This document shows positions 37,430 through 51,565 of a stretch of 64,000 bases of DNA, piece after piece (the first letter of the stretch is position 1; each line of letters opens with the position of its first letter). The notes beneath the pieces were generated by a model. It made no database searches and had not been told where the DNA came from. It saw nothing but the letters and a program-made list of their open reading frames with translations. Made by a program: the position numbers and the translations under genes. The stretch comes from Octopus vulgaris (taxonomy: Eukaryota), in assembly GCA_951406725.2 (NCBI GenBank), contig OX597835.1:11222001-11286000 (forward strand), in the 5' to 3' direction.

Positions 37430-37789
37430 GTAGGTAGATAGGCATCGAAATAGATAGGTAGATAGATAGACGTAGGCGGATAGATAGATAGATAAGTACA
37501 TACACACATATATATATATCGATGTGAGCTCATAGGTATAAAATAAGATGGATGTAAATAGTGAAATGCGACACTTCTGACCCCCCCAGTATATTTCTGG
37601 TACATATTTTTATTGAAGCTAATCTATTGAAATATAAAGTCAGTCAATTGTCATCCACTCACTACAAGGATCAGAGTTTAGAAACGTCAAAGAACAAAAG
37701 CATTAAGTGTTGCAAACCACTCGATTTGCATTTCACCGTTTCTATCAACTCAATGGCATCAGAATAAACATTGACTGTTATTAGTAGAT

Positions 37790-38008
37790 ATGATGGCTAT
37801 GACGGTGGTGGTGATGCTGCTGCTGATGATGGTGGTGGTGGTGGTGGTGGTGATGGTGGTGGAGGTGATGATGGCACTGATGATGATGATGATGATGATG
37901 ATGAAAAATTATAGGAAGAATAATTATAAGAATGGTAATAGCAATTACAGCAGCGATAGTAATTATCAAGAACAATATGATGATGATGATGATGATGACA
38001 ATGATGAC

Positions 38009-38040
<32 letters not shown>

Positions 38041-38174
38041 CGATGATGACAACGCTGACAATGATGATGATGATGATGATGATGATGACGATGATGATGA
38101 TGATGATGATGGTGATGTGATGGTGATGATGATGATGATGATGATGATGAATGGCGATGATGACAACGCTGACA

Positions 38175-38215
<41 letters not shown>

Positions 38216-38220
38216 AGTAG
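37790..38220 (+). repeat. (GAT)n/(GGT)n microsatellite
   Basis: Seen directly. Confidence 0.95.
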
Positions 38221-38870
38221 TGATCACAAAGGCAATGACTGCAATATGAGATAAATATATAAAAAAAAAAAAAATCATTATTTTTTTTCTTCATCCTTTT
38301 TCCCCTCTTTCTCATCCTTCACCTCCCACCACCACCACCACCACAACCATCACAACCACGACGACCACCACCACCACCAAACACTGCTCCCTTGCAATGT
38401 AAAATAAAATATTGTTAGTAGCTAAATGCCAGAATCTACAAACGCAGAGTTTTGATGATACAACATTAACAAAGTCAATAAGCTCAACCACAACAACGAG
38501 AACAACAACAACAATATAAAAGAAAATGAGCTATAAATTTTTTTCTTTTTTTAATGAGGTGGGTTGTTTAAAACTACAAAAGGACAGAAAGCAAGATGTC
38601 AAGAAAGAATAATGGACAGTTTATACACATATATGCATGAATATATATATATAGTAAACACACACACACACTCACAGTCATATTTATATATATACATGTA
38701 TGTATGTATATTTATGGAAAATGTGTGTGATATATATATATATATATATATATATCAACACATATATATATATCAACTCATATATATATATATATATATA
38801 TATATAGATATACAAATTTACGTATATGTATGCATATGTATATTGTACATGTATGTATATGTATGAAAAA

Positions 38871-38918
<48 letters not shown>

Positions 38919-39509
38919 CATATATATAAATTTACATATATGTATGCATATGTACATGTATATATGTATGAAAAATGTTTGTGTGTGTGTATATATATAT
39001 ATATATTTACATGTATTGACATATATATAGGAATTTATATATGTATGTGTGTATATGCATGAAAAATATGTGTCTATATATATATATATGTATATATACA
39101 CACACACACATATACATTTACCTATATGTATGTGTGCATATGTACATGTATGTATATGTATGAAAAATGTGTGTGTGTGTATATATGTATGAATATACAT
39201 GTATAGATATGTATATACTAGTATGTATGTGTGTATGTGTGTTTGAATAAGTGTGTCTGTTTATCCATTTGTATGTTAAAGGACTACTGCTATTAGGCCA
39301 CTAATTTCACTGTAATTAGCATATTAATAAAGAGAAAAGCTATTAAAATGATAATTACTGATGATACATTGTAATTAATTTAATTTGCAAAATTAATTTT
39401 TTGTGACGCCCGCACACGAGAAATAAAACTCCACCAATGTTTCTTGTGAACAAAGAACTGCAAAAATGCAAATATAACAAAATAAAATTAATAACATAAA
39501 ACAAAATAA

Positions 39510-40400
39510 CATCATCATCATCGTTTAACGTCCGCTTTCCATGCTAGCATGGGTTGGACGGTTCAACTGGGGTCTGGCAAGCCCGAAGGCTGCACCAGGC
39601 CAGTCAGATCTGGCAGTGTTTCTACAGCTGGATGCCCTTCCTAACGCCAACCACTCCGAGAGTGTAGTGGATGATTTTATGTGCCACCGACACAGGTGCC
39701 AGACGAGGCCAACCACGCCGGAGAGTGCCACCGACACAGGTGCCAGACGAGGCTGGCAGATGGCCACGCTCGGATGGTGTTTTTATGTGCCACCGACACA
39801 GGTGCAGACAGGCTGGCAGACGGCCACGCTTGGATGGTGTTTTTTATGTGCCACCGACAGGGCCAGACGAGGCTGGCAGATGGCCATGGATGGTTTTTTA
39901 TGTGCCACCGACACAGGTGCCAGATGAGGCTGGCAGACGGCCACGCTTGGATGGTGTTTTTTATGTGCCACCGACACAGGTGCCAGACGAGGCTGGCAGA
40001 CGGCCACGCTTGGATGGTGTTTTTTATGTGCCACCGACACAGGTGCCAGACGAGGCTGGCAGACGGCCACGCTTGGATGGTGTTTTTTATGTGCCACCGA
40101 CACAGGTGCCAGACGAGGCTGGCAGACAGCCACGCTTGGATGGTGTTTTTTATGTGCCACCGACACAGGTGCCAGACGAGGTTGGCAGACGGCCACGCTT
40201 GGATATGGTGTTTTCGGTGTTTTTATGTGCCACCGACACAGGTGCCAGATGAGGCTGGCAGACGGCCACGCTCGGATGGTGTTTTTTATGTGCCTCCGAC
40301 ACAGGTGCCAGACGAGGCTGGCAGATGGCCGCGCTCGGATATAGTGTTTTCGGTGTTTTTCTTATGTGCCACCGACACAGGTGCCAGACGAGGCTGGCGA
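39510..40400 (-). mobile_element. RTE-LINE 3' UTR with expanded 63-bp minisatellite (about 12 units from 39677)
   Basis: Unit GTGCCACCGACACAGGTGCCAGACGAGGCTGGCAGACGGCCACGCTTGGATGGTGTTTTTTAT with no unique spacers. Confidence 0.9.
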
Positions 40401-40689
40401 ACAAAATAATAATGTCACAACGATGTTCTTGTTGTTGCTACTGAGCAAAGTGGGGAAATGGTTAATGTTGGGGTGCTGTGAGGTATAGTTTTGGAACTAT
40501 CTCTGTTGATCTTCTGTCTGTGAGTAAATCCTCAGCATGGAATTGGTTAACAGAATGAAGCAGTTATTGCAGAAAGTTGTCTGGAGATTTAGGGTCTTGG
40601 AGCATTTAATCTCCATTAAATATGGCATCGGATTAATTTGGTCAGGGTTTTTATAATCTTTTCTACTCTAGGAACAAAACCTGAAATTA

Positions 40690-41400
40690 ACCCCAGTACA
40701 ACTGGTAATTGTTTTATCAACCCTGAAAGGATGAAAAGCAAAGTCGACCTCAGCAGAATTTGAACTCAGAATGTAAAGACAGAGGAAATACCTATTTCTT
40801 TACTACCCACAAGGGGCTAAGCACAGAGTGGACAAACAAGGACAGACAAATGGATTAAGTTGATTATATCAACCCCAGTGTGTAACTGGTATTTATTTAA
40901 TTGACCCCGAAAGGATGAAAGGCAAAGTCGACCTCAGCAGAATTTGAACTCAGAATGTAAAGACAGATGAAATACCTATTTCTCTACTACCCACAAGGGG
41001 CTAAACACAGAGAGGACAAACAAGGACAGACAAATGGATGAAGTTGATTATATCGAGCCCCAGTGCATAACTGGTACTTATTTAATTGACCCCGAAAGGA
41101 TGAAAGGCAAAGTCGACCTCGGCGGAATTTGAACTCAGAATGTAAAGGCAGACGAAATACCTATTTCTTTAATACCCACAAGGGGCTAAACACAGAGAGG
41201 ACAAACAAGGACAGACAAATGGATTAAGTTGATTATATCAACCCCAGTGCGTGTAACTGGTACTTATTTAATCGACCCCGAAAGGATGAAAGGCAAAGTC
41301 GACCTTGGCGGAATTTGAACTCAGAACGTAGCGGCAGACAAAATACCACTAAGCATTTTGCCCAGTGTGCTAATGTTTCTGCCAGCTCGCTGCCTTCAAA
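40690..41400 (-). mobile_element. Head-to-tail array of SINE family A (period about 185 bp)
   Basis: Junction GAAATAC|CTATTTC recurs near 40790, 40975 and 41160. More variant copies follow to about 41790. Confidence 0.85.
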
Positions 41401-42462
41401 TAAACTATTCTTTTCTACTCTAGACACAAAACCTAAAATTTTGGGGGAGGGGGCCAGTCGATTAGATCAACCCCAGTATGCAATCGGTACTTAATTTATT
41501 GACTCCAAAAGGATGAAAGGCAAAGTCGACCTTGGCAGAATTTGAACTCAGAACGTAAAGACAAAATGCTGCGAAACATTTCGACCAGCATTCTAACATT
41601 TCTGCCAGCTCACCGCCTTGGTATAAATTAATGTTCTTTTCTGCTCTAGGCACAAGGCCCGAAATTTTTGGTGAGGGAGCCAGTCAATTATATCGACCCT
41701 AGTGGTACTGAATTTATCAACTTCGAAAGGATGAAAGGCAAAGTTGACCTCAGCGGAATTTGAACTCAGAACATAAAGACAGACAAAATACTACTAAGCC
41801 TGTTTTTGAGCTGTTTTTGCTTCTCAACGAAATGGTTAGGGTTCAGTCCCACTTCATGGCACCTTTTAGCTAACCAATGCCTTGTGTGCCATTTTTGGTA
41901 GGCAGAAACTGCGTGAAGCCAAAAGGCAGCGAGCTGGCAGAAACGTTTGAACAGATGTCTTCTATAACCCCAGGCCAACCAAAGACTTCTGAGTGGATCT
42001 GGTTGATGGAAACTGAAAGAAACCTACCATAAGTGCAGGAGTGGCTGTGTGGTAAGATGCTTGCTTCCCCAACACATGGTCCTGGGTTCAGTCCAACTCA
42101 GTGACACCTTGGGCAAATGTCTTCTAGTGTAGCCTTGGGCCAAATAAAGCCTTGTGAGTGGATTTGGCAGACAGCAATCTGCTTTAACAAATTCCTTTTG
42201 ATGCATCCAAGCATGGAAAAGTGGGAGCTGAAACAATGATGGGATATGTTATCTTTTACTTGATTCAGTCATTCGATTGTGGCCATACTGGGGCACCATG
42301 TTGAAGGGTTTAGTCAAACAAATCATCAACCGCCAGTATTTATTTTTTCAAAGTCTGGTAATTATCCTATCAGTCACTTTCGGCAAACTGTTAGCTTACA
42401 AGGATGTAAACAAACCACCACTGGTTGTCAAGCAGTGGATGGGGTGACACACACAAACAAAC

Positions 42463-42501
<39 letters not shown>

Positions 42502-42540
42502 GACAGACAGATAGACAGATAGATAGATAGATAGATAGAT

Positions 42541-42587
<47 letters not shown>

Positions 42588-42611
42588 TAGGTAGGTAGGT
42601 AGGTAGATAGA

Positions 42612-42668
<57 letters not shown>

Positions 42669-42784
42669 GATTATTATTACTATTATTTTGTTTGACTTTT
42701 GCTTTGCATTTGTAGAGTTGCCTCAAGTCTCACCCAGAGTTAGAAGTTCATGTTGGTGTTATGCCTAGTGTGCCTTATTATTAC

Positions 42785-42832
<48 letters not shown>

Positions 42833-43424
42833 CATTATTATTATTAATATTTATTTATTTATTTATTGTTTTGGTTTCCCACAATCTAAATAAGGTTACT
42901 AGCAAAATGTGACAACTTACTTGTGCAGTTCAATGCAATGAGTGCACAGAACAGAATAGGTCAAGTTCCTTCATTGTTTTGTTTTTTTTCTAAGAAATTG
43001 ATAAGTTACTCAATAGCAACAATAGCAACAACATAAATTATTACCTCATTATTATTGTTCATATTTTTTTTTTGTTTTGCTTCTCTGTTCTCTTTTGACA
43101 AGAAAATGTTTTATTATTTTCTCTTTTTTGTTTTATGTCGTCTATGCATGTATCAGCTAAGATTTACCTGATAAATTAATTACAGTGTGATATTAATTAA
43201 CTTATAATTACACTAATTAGAATGCATGATCAAAGTAAAAATGAAGCAATTAATGAAGTGTTTTACAATATTTACCATCGCCAAGGCAGCGAGCTGGCAG
43301 AATCGTGAAGACAATGGACAAAATGTTGCTAAGCATTTTGTCTGTTTTTACGTTCTGAGTTCAAATCCCATGAAAGTCAACTTCGCCTTTCGACCTTTTG
43401 AGATTGATAAAATAAGTTTGTTCC

Positions 43425-43695
43425 TTCTCGAGCCATGCCTGGTTCATAAGGGCCGGTTTCTTTAGCGTATAGGTTCCCTACCTGGATGGGATGCTGGTGA
43501 GCTGCTAGATGCAGGAAGAAAGAGTGAAAGAAAGTTATGGTGAAAGAGTCAGCAGAAGTTCGCCATTACCTTCTGCCGGAGCTGCGTGGAGCTGAGGTGT
43601 TTCACTCATAAACACACACATTGCCTGGTCTGAGATTTGAACCCGCTATTCCTCGACCATGAGTCCACTGCTCTGACCACTAGGCCATGTGCCCC
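43425..43695 (-). mobile_element. tRNA-derived SINE (family C-related)
   Basis: Minus strand head TGGCCTAGTGGTCAGAGCAGTGGACTC...GGGTTCAAATCTC. Confidence 0.7.
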
Positions 43696-44044
43696 CATGA
43701 TAAAATAAGTACCAGTCAAATACTAGGGTGAAAGGAATTGACTTACACCCTCCTCTGAAATTGCTGGCCTTGTGCCAAAATTTGAAACTATTATTTACCA
43801 TCACCCCTTTTGAGTACTGAATTACAAAGAATTGAATATATAAAGCTGTTAGTGTTTTGAATTTGTCTTTTTTCATTCTTCAGGAAGTGCATCTATAAAA
43901 GTACCAGTAACCTACTGGGCTTAGTTCAGTCAATTATTTCTCCTCCATTACAAAAGTTAATCAGAACAAACCAATATTTTCTACATTATCAATATCTTTT
44001 AGATTATAATGTTTTGTTACTGTTAACATATTTCATGCATTTAA

Positions 44045-44498
44045 CCCTTTTGTTGCCATATTTCTGCTGAGATGCTCTGCGTTTCTTTCAATTAATTTTA
44101 AATATAACAAAGAATTTAGTAAGATAACTTAGTTATCATTAAGCTTGTGTTAGGAACATAAATTGTGACTAAGGTTTGATGGAAGATTTTAATTCAGAAC
44201 TTTTGAAAACAAGACATTTGTACTACAGAACCAGAGGCGATTTCAGCTGGGTTAGTATCAAAAGAGTTAAATTAAGCCTTTGTTAACCCTTTATTTGCCA
44301 TATTTCTATTGAGATGCTCTGTGTTTCTTTCAATTGATTTTAAATATAACAAAGATAACTTACTTATCATTCAGCTAGTGTTAGGAACATAAATTGTGAC
44401 TAAAGGTTTGGTGGAAGATTTTAATTCAGAACTTTTGAAAATAAGACATTTGTACTACAGAGCCAGAGGCAGTTTCAGAAAGGTTGGTAATGAAAGGG
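44045..44498 (-). mobile_element. Two tandem piggyBac-type MITEs (44045-44266 and 44287-44498)
   Basis: Each is bounded by TTAA with CCCTTT/AAAGGG-type ends. Reverse orientation of 484-692. Confidence 0.8.
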
Positions 44499-46757
44499 TT
44501 AAGGCGGCATGCTGGCAGAATCGTTACCAGGCTGGGAAAAATGCTTAGAGGCATTTTGTCTTTATGTTCCGCATTCAAATACTGCAATGGTCGACTTTGC
44601 CTTTCATCGTTTTGGGGTCGATTTTGTCATAGTTTTTACAGCTTGGGTAACCTTCCCAATGTCAACCACCTTACATTCCTCTTTCTGATGCTACTGTTTG
44701 GAGATAGAATAATTTTCTGCATCCTTTTTTCGAGGTTGTTGACTTTGTTGATATCATTTTGTGCTTTGATTGAGTAAATAATTTTTGAGGTAAACAGTAG
44801 AATCGGAGCACAGTAGCAGCGGTCTCTGTAGGCAATTAGTGAGTATGAACAGTTTAGAAGTGAAATAAATTGGTTTTTATGAGGAAGAGAAATGACAAAT
44901 GAACCGTTCCACTTTTGAACTTAATAATTTCTTTGGCACAAAGCCACACGATTTTAAGCAAGCGGGTGGGGGCCATAATTAATTGAATCACTTCAACTAG
45001 ATATCAATTATTTATTTGACTGACACTAGACAGGTGAAAGGAAAATTATCCCTATCAATGGTTTTAGCTGGAAATATCAAGGGAAATATAGGTTCAGGCA
45101 TAGTTGTATGGCTTAGAAGTATGCTGCTCAAATGTGTGGATTTTGAGTTCAGTCTCACCGTATGGCAGCTTGGTGCCTTTTCTGGAGCATTAACTTGACC
45201 AATGTCTTGTGAATGAAGTTACTGGAAGGAAACGGGTGAGAAAGGCCATCGTATTTGTGTAAGGTGATATGTCTCAGATGGAATTTGTTGAGCCAGAGAT
45301 TCAGCAGCTGGATGCTCTCCTGTTGCCAACCTTTGCTTGTTCCCAAGCAAGCTAATATTTCCCCAAGGCCTGACATGTTTTCAGAGAGGATTGAAGTGAT
45401 TGGCATTGCTTGTATGACAGCAACATTCGTTTACAAACACACATACACACTCTCACACACAAACAAAACATACACCCCCCCCACACACACATATGTGCAC
45501 ACATACACACACAAACACACCCGCACACACATACACACATATAAAATACAAACACACCCACACACACATATAACATACAAACACACCCACACACACATGC
45601 ACAGAAACACACACACACATATGGAGGCATGTGGCTTAGTGGTTAGGGTGTTGCCCTCATAATCATGAATTTGTGGTTTCAATTCCTGGGCCAGGCAAAG
45701 CATTGTATTTTTGAGCAAAACTCTTCATTTCACATTGCTCCACTCCACTCAGCTGGCAAAAATGAGTTGCACCTGCAATGGACTGGTGTCTCATCCATGA
45801 GGGAATTTACACACCACAGAACCTGGGAAAGTTACCTTGTGAACTTCTGGCTTGGGAAGGACCTTTGACCCTCTTTCTATATATATGTGTGTGTGTTGTG
45901 TATGTACATGCACACAGACAGACACACACACACACACCACACACATACACGCATACACTTACAATGAACTTCCTTCAGTTTCTATCTACCAAAATCCTCT
46001 CACATGACTTTGGTCTTCCTGGAACTATTGTAGACATTTGTCCATGGTACCATGCAATGGGACTGAACCCAAAACCATTTAGTTTCCAATTGAGCTTCTT
46101 AACCACATAGCTATGCTTGTGCTTATATTAAATATTTCACATTAATATTTTTGTCGTTCCATGTTCGAATGGTCAGATCAAGGTGACTGACTGGCAGAAT
46201 GGTCTGAGAGTTGGATAGAATAGCTTATGCTGTTTGTTCAGACTCTGCGTTCTGAGTTCAAATCCTGCCAAGGTCAAACATTGCCCCTTGTTCTTTCAGG
46301 GTGTCGACAACAAAATACCAGTTCAGTCTGGTGAATTGGTGCAGCTGTGAGAGGGATGGTGGTAGGCCATATACCTTCTGGTGTTTGTTCTGGGATTATG
46401 TTTTCTGAGTTCAAATCCTGCCTTGTCAGGTAAAGCAAGATGGCACTTCCACCAGGAGTTGTGACCGACGGATTGTATCAGCAGGTTGATAAAAACAATG
46501 GACGATTGACTGTCACCACCATCATTACCACCACTAACACCTCCACCACCACCACCACCACCACCACCACCACCACCACCACCACCTCTACCACTACCAC
46601 TATTTCTGCTATTACCACCATCACCACTACTACTACTATTACCACTACAATTGAACCCAACAACCACTACTACCACCACCAACTCTGCTGCCATCATGAC
46701 CACTACTACTACCACCACTGCCACCACATCACCTCTTCCTTTACCAACACCATACAT

Positions 46758-46990
46758 ACCTATTTCTTTATTACCCACAAGGGGCTAAACACAGAGAGGA
46801 CAAACAAGGACAGACAAACAGATTAAGTCGATTACATCGACCCCAGTGCCTAACAGGTACATAATTTATCGACCCCGAAAGGATGAAAGGCAAAGTCAAC
46901 CTCGGCAGAATTTGAACTCAGAATGTAGCGGCAGACGAAATACGGCTACGCATTTCTCCTGGCATGCTAACGTTTCTGCCAGCTCACCAC
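46758..46990 (-). mobile_element. SINE family A inside an (ACC)n tract
   Basis: Full reverse-complement copy. Confidence 0.85.
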
Positions 46991-47289
46991 TACTACTACT
47001 ATCACCACCAACTCTACTGCCATCATGACCACCACTACTACCACCACACCACTTCCTTCTCCACCAACACCATATGTACCACCACGATGACTGCAACCAT
47101 CAGCACCCACCACCCACGTATCACTACCACCAACACCACCACCACTGTCATTCTTACAATAGCATTTTAGAAATTATTTCCCAACAAGTGGACACCTTTC
47201 TCAAACATAATAAACTTGTCCCCTATTTTCGTTGATTGTTTCTTGTTCCGGTTGATTGATAAAATTTATTAAACTTTATTATTTTTCAG

Positions 47290-47410
47290 GGTCGACAGTA
47301 AAGGCAGCATCTGTGACCAGAAAGGGGTTTTTCGAATCAACTGTGTTGACTGCCTCGACCGGACAAACGTTGTACAAACAGCCATTGCAAGAATCGTCAT
47401 GGAAACTCAG
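47290..47410 (+). CDS. INPP5F: Internal exon of a SAC-domain phosphoinositide phosphatase (SAC2/INPP5F-like) containing the catalytic CX5RT motif
   Basis: Acceptor TTATTATTTTTCAG| and donor CAG|GTAAAT. 121 nt (1 nt plus 40 codons) encoding (W)VDSKGSICDQKGVFRINCVDCLDRTNVVQTAIARIVMETQ. RxNCxDCLDRTN is the SAC signature. The flanks resemble SAC2 more than SAC1, FIG4 or synaptojanin, as recalled. Confidence 0.92.
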
Positions 47411-47885
47411 GTAAATATATGCAACATGGGATTACGGTGTTGTTTTGTTTTTTGGTGATGGATTTGTTTGATTAGTTGTTTTTTTTTTCCTCTTTTTTTT
47501 TCCTTTTTTTTTTTTTTGGTTTTGTTGCTGTTTTATGTTTCTGAAGTGAAAATAATGGGTAAATAAATGGCTCGGTCTGAGATCTCTTGCTGAAATTAAA
47601 ATGATTCCATTATGGAATTGTCAGGATAGACATTTTAGAAACTAGTTCTATAGGTTGTTTTGTTGTTATTATATTCACCTTTGGCATAATTTGTAACATT
47701 GTCTCTCTCTCACACACACACACACACATATGTATATATATATATATAGATACACACACACACATGTGCATGTGTATATATGTTTCTATAGATATTTGTG
47801 TGTGTTTGTAAATATGTATGTCATCATCATCATCATCATTATCATTTAATGTCTCTTTTTCCATGTTGTTTTTCTTGTTCATCTC

Positions 47886-48036
<151 letters not shown>

Positions 48037-48218
48037 ACATACACACACACACATATATATATATACACACAAACACATGTGCATGTATATATGTTTATAT
48101 AGATATTTGTGTGTGTTTGTAAATATGTATGTCATCATCATCATCATCATCATCATCATTTAATGTCTCTTTATCCATGTTGTTTTTCCTATTCCTCTCT
48201 TCATATATATATACATAC

Positions 48219-48347
<129 letters not shown>

Positions 48348-49080
48348 ATGATTTGATAATTGGTGCTGAGTTTTACACTTTTGTGAATAAAAATATTTCA
48401 TAAAGCTTCAAGTTTATAAGTGATCACCGTGTGTTGACTAAAGAAAATATTGTAATATAGAAAATACACAGTGATCAATTATAAGCATTAAGCTTATGAA
48501 ATATTATTAAAATTTATTTTTATATGTGTGTGTGCATGAATATATGTATATACACACACACACACACATATAAAATCACAACGTCATCATTTTAATGTCC
48601 TCTTATCTATGCTTGCTTTGATCAAAGGAGAGTGCTAAAGGCAGGTACGTATGCATGTATGTGTGTGTGTGTGTATGTGTGTGTTGTGTGTGTGTGTGTG
48701 TGGTTGAGATGAAATTTGGTGAGGTACATGCATACAGGTATATGTATGCATGTGTGTGTGTGTGCATAGTTCAGTAACATTCAGGTAAAAACATCATAGC
48801 ATGCTATACAAAGCTCATTCACAGGTATTGGCTACCACATGTTACCATGCAGTGTGTTTATTCCTGTCAGTTGGATATACATCTGAATTTCTATATTATC
48901 TCTTGAGTTTATAGAAAGGGACAAAGATGACAAAATGGATTGAGTAACATCCTTTCTGTCAGTGATATTTTTGTATTGGACGACTTGACTGAAGACTGGT
49001 GAACCAGATGGCTGCACCAGACTCCAATCTGATCTGGCAGAGTTTCTACAGCTGGATGCCCTTCCTAAAGCCAACCACAA

Positions 49081-49585
49081 TAGGTTGAGGAAAAAGTTTG
49101 TGCGCTGTGTTAAAATAATGATTTTTTTTATGCATGAACTTATTTAAAAACAACAAATAAAAGACCATTATTTTCCATGACCTTCTACCAACGATGTACA
49201 AGCTTTTGGATTTGGTCAAAGTACCAATCCTTTGGCTTTGAATCGAAAAATTCTTGACAGGTTTCAACTTCATCGAATGACTCACATCGGTGACTTTACA
49301 TAGAGGGCTGCATTGATTGGAAGAGACCGTAGTCAGATGGATCAACGTCTGAACTGTAGGCTGGATGTGGCAGAACTTCCACATTGTCCAATTCTTCAAT
49401 CTTTTTGCCGGTCTTTCTGGTGGTGTGTGGCTTTGCATTATCTTGTTGAAACAAAGCGCATTTTTGACAAACACAGTGAGTCACCATTGAACATTACATG
49501 AACTGAAGGAACAAACACACCACAAAAATATATATAAAAAAAAAGCATTATTTTAACATGGTGCACAAACTTTTTCCTCAATCTA
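49081..49585 (-). mobile_element. Internally deleted mariner with 40-bp TIRs
   Basis: TAGGTTGAGGAAAAAGTTTGTGC at the left and GCACAAACTTTTTCCTCAATCTA at the right. Remnant LFQQDNAKPHT...LPHPAYSSDVDPSDYGLF. Confidence 0.9.
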
Positions 49586-49602
49586 ATATATATACATATA
49601 TG

Positions 49603-49905
49603 TCATCATCATCATCGTTTAACATCCGCTTTCCATGCTAGCATGGGTTGGACGATTTGACTGAGGTCTGGCGAACCAGACTCCAATCTGATCTGGCAGA
49701 GTTTCTACAGCTGGATGCCCTTCCTAGCGCCAACCACTCCAAGAGTGTAGTGGGTGCTTTTACGTGCCAGTTTGGTGGTACTGGCAATGGCCACACCCAA
49801 ATGGTGCGTTTTATGTGCCACCTGCACAGGAGCCAGTCCAGCGGTACTGGCGACGCCCTCGCTCGAATGTTTCACGTGCCACCAGCACAAGTGCTCATAA
49901 GGCGA
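49603..49905 (-). mobile_element. RTE-LINE 3' UTR fragment
   Basis: (ATC)n plus reverse family tail. Confidence 0.8.
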
Positions 49906-50194
49906 CGCGAGGAATGAAGACAGAAACAGGTGCGCTCCTGCAAAGGAAATGCTTGTGTGTGTATTTCCATATGCATATGTCAGTGTGTATATATACACAC
50001 ATATCCATTATACATATATATATATATATATATATAATTATTGAAGTAGATAAATGAATTATCTTATTACGGATAATTCAAATGATAACCGATACCTGGG
50101 TAGCAAAAATCACAACAGAAAAAGCACGGTTGAAGTTACGACCATGGGGCATAAAAACTGTGCCTTAGTGCGGAAATTTGAAGTTTTATATATT

Positions 50195-50289
50195 AAGTGT
50201 AGGAAGAAATTGAGCTGAACGAAGATTTAACAAAATTCCTTTATATTATTTTGTTAAATCTTCGTTCAGCTCCATTTCTTCCTACACTT
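50195..50289. repeat. Hairpin with 42-bp arms abutting (TA)n
   Basis: AAGTGTAGGAAGAAATTGAGCTGAACGAAGATTTAACAAAAT and its reverse complement with one mismatch and an 11-nt loop. Confidence 0.9.
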
Positions 50290-50957
50290 TATATATATAT
50301 ATATATATACTTATATATATATATATATTTCCGAGATTAAAAAATAAATTTTTCTTTCAGTTTCCAAAAGTAAAGAAAGGCACACACACACACACAAAGA
50401 AAAAAAACAAAAACTTGTAAGGAAACTTCCTTAAAAGTCACTTTGTAAAGTATAATTTTGGCATCCATTCAGCAATGACTAATATTTTGTTGATATTAGC
50501 TTTGATACCATTTTCTCAATAAGCAAATTGTATGCGTATGTGCATCTGCAGACCAGTGTCTGTGTATGCACACGTATTTGTATGTATGTATGTATGTGTG
50601 TCCGTGTGTCCATTCCTCTGCTGTGTAATGGCATGTTTCATTTACTTGGTCAGAAGATGCATGGATGAATAAATTCTTGCCAAAGTATTTATCGTTATTT
50701 TCCAGTCTAAACTGAAAGGGAAGTTCCAGATCTCTGCAACACCAGACTCAAATGTCTGAGAGTATTTTGTTTTAGCTATTTTCAACGTCAACTTTATGGT
50801 AAATTCTTCCACCGTTAATAAAATAAGGACCAAGTAATTTAGTGAAAATTGATCAAATTATCTCTACCACTCACTCATAAATTTGTAACCTTGTGGTGGC
50901 AATGTGCCCTCATAAGAAATTACTATCATTATTATTAGTATTATTATTATTATTATT

Positions 50958-51280
50958 GTGGAGGCGCAATGGCCCAGTGGTTAGGGCAGCGGACTCGCGG
51001 TCATAGGATTGCGGTTTCGATTCCCAGACTGGGCGTTGTGAGTGTTTATTGAGCGAAAACACCTAAAACTCCACGAGGCTCTGGCAGGGGATGGTGGTGA
51101 TCCCTGCTGTACTCTTTCACCACAACTTTCTCTCACTCTTACTTCCTGTTTCTGTTGTACCTGTATTTCAAAGGGCCGGCCTTGTCACTCTCTGTGTCAC
51201 GCTGAATATCCCCGAGAACTACGTTAAGGGTACACGTGTCTGTGGAGTGCTCAGCCACTTACACGCTAATTTCATGAGCA
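50958..51280 (+). mobile_element. tRNA-derived SINE family C
   Basis: Same head as 36941 with a continuous body. Confidence 0.85.
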
Positions 51281-51303
51281 CAATAAAGAGATAGAATAAT
51301 AAG

Positions 51304-51339
<36 letters not shown>

Positions 51340-51345
51340 ATATTA

Positions 51346-51530
51346 AGGCAGCGAGCTGGCAGAATTGTTAGTATGCCGGACGAAATGCTTAGTGGTATTT
51401 CTTCTGTCGCTTCGTTCTGAGTTCAAATTCAGCCAATGTCATCTTTGCCTTTCATCCTTTCGGTGTTGACAAATACTGTAATGAACTAGTCCCCTCCCCA
51501 CAAATTTCAGGCCTTGTGCCTCGAGTAGAA

Positions 51531-51565
<35 letters not shown>

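Noticed and set aside
39677-40400. CRISPR-like array or repeat-protein gene
   Set aside because: Units are contiguous with no unique spacers, there are no cas genes, and the context is a eukaryotic LINE 3' UTR. Open frames follow from the 63-bp period.
46670-47085. TSD of about 90 bp around the SINE at 46758
   Set aside because: The flanks are diverged low-complexity (ACC)n units, more likely an older tandem duplication.
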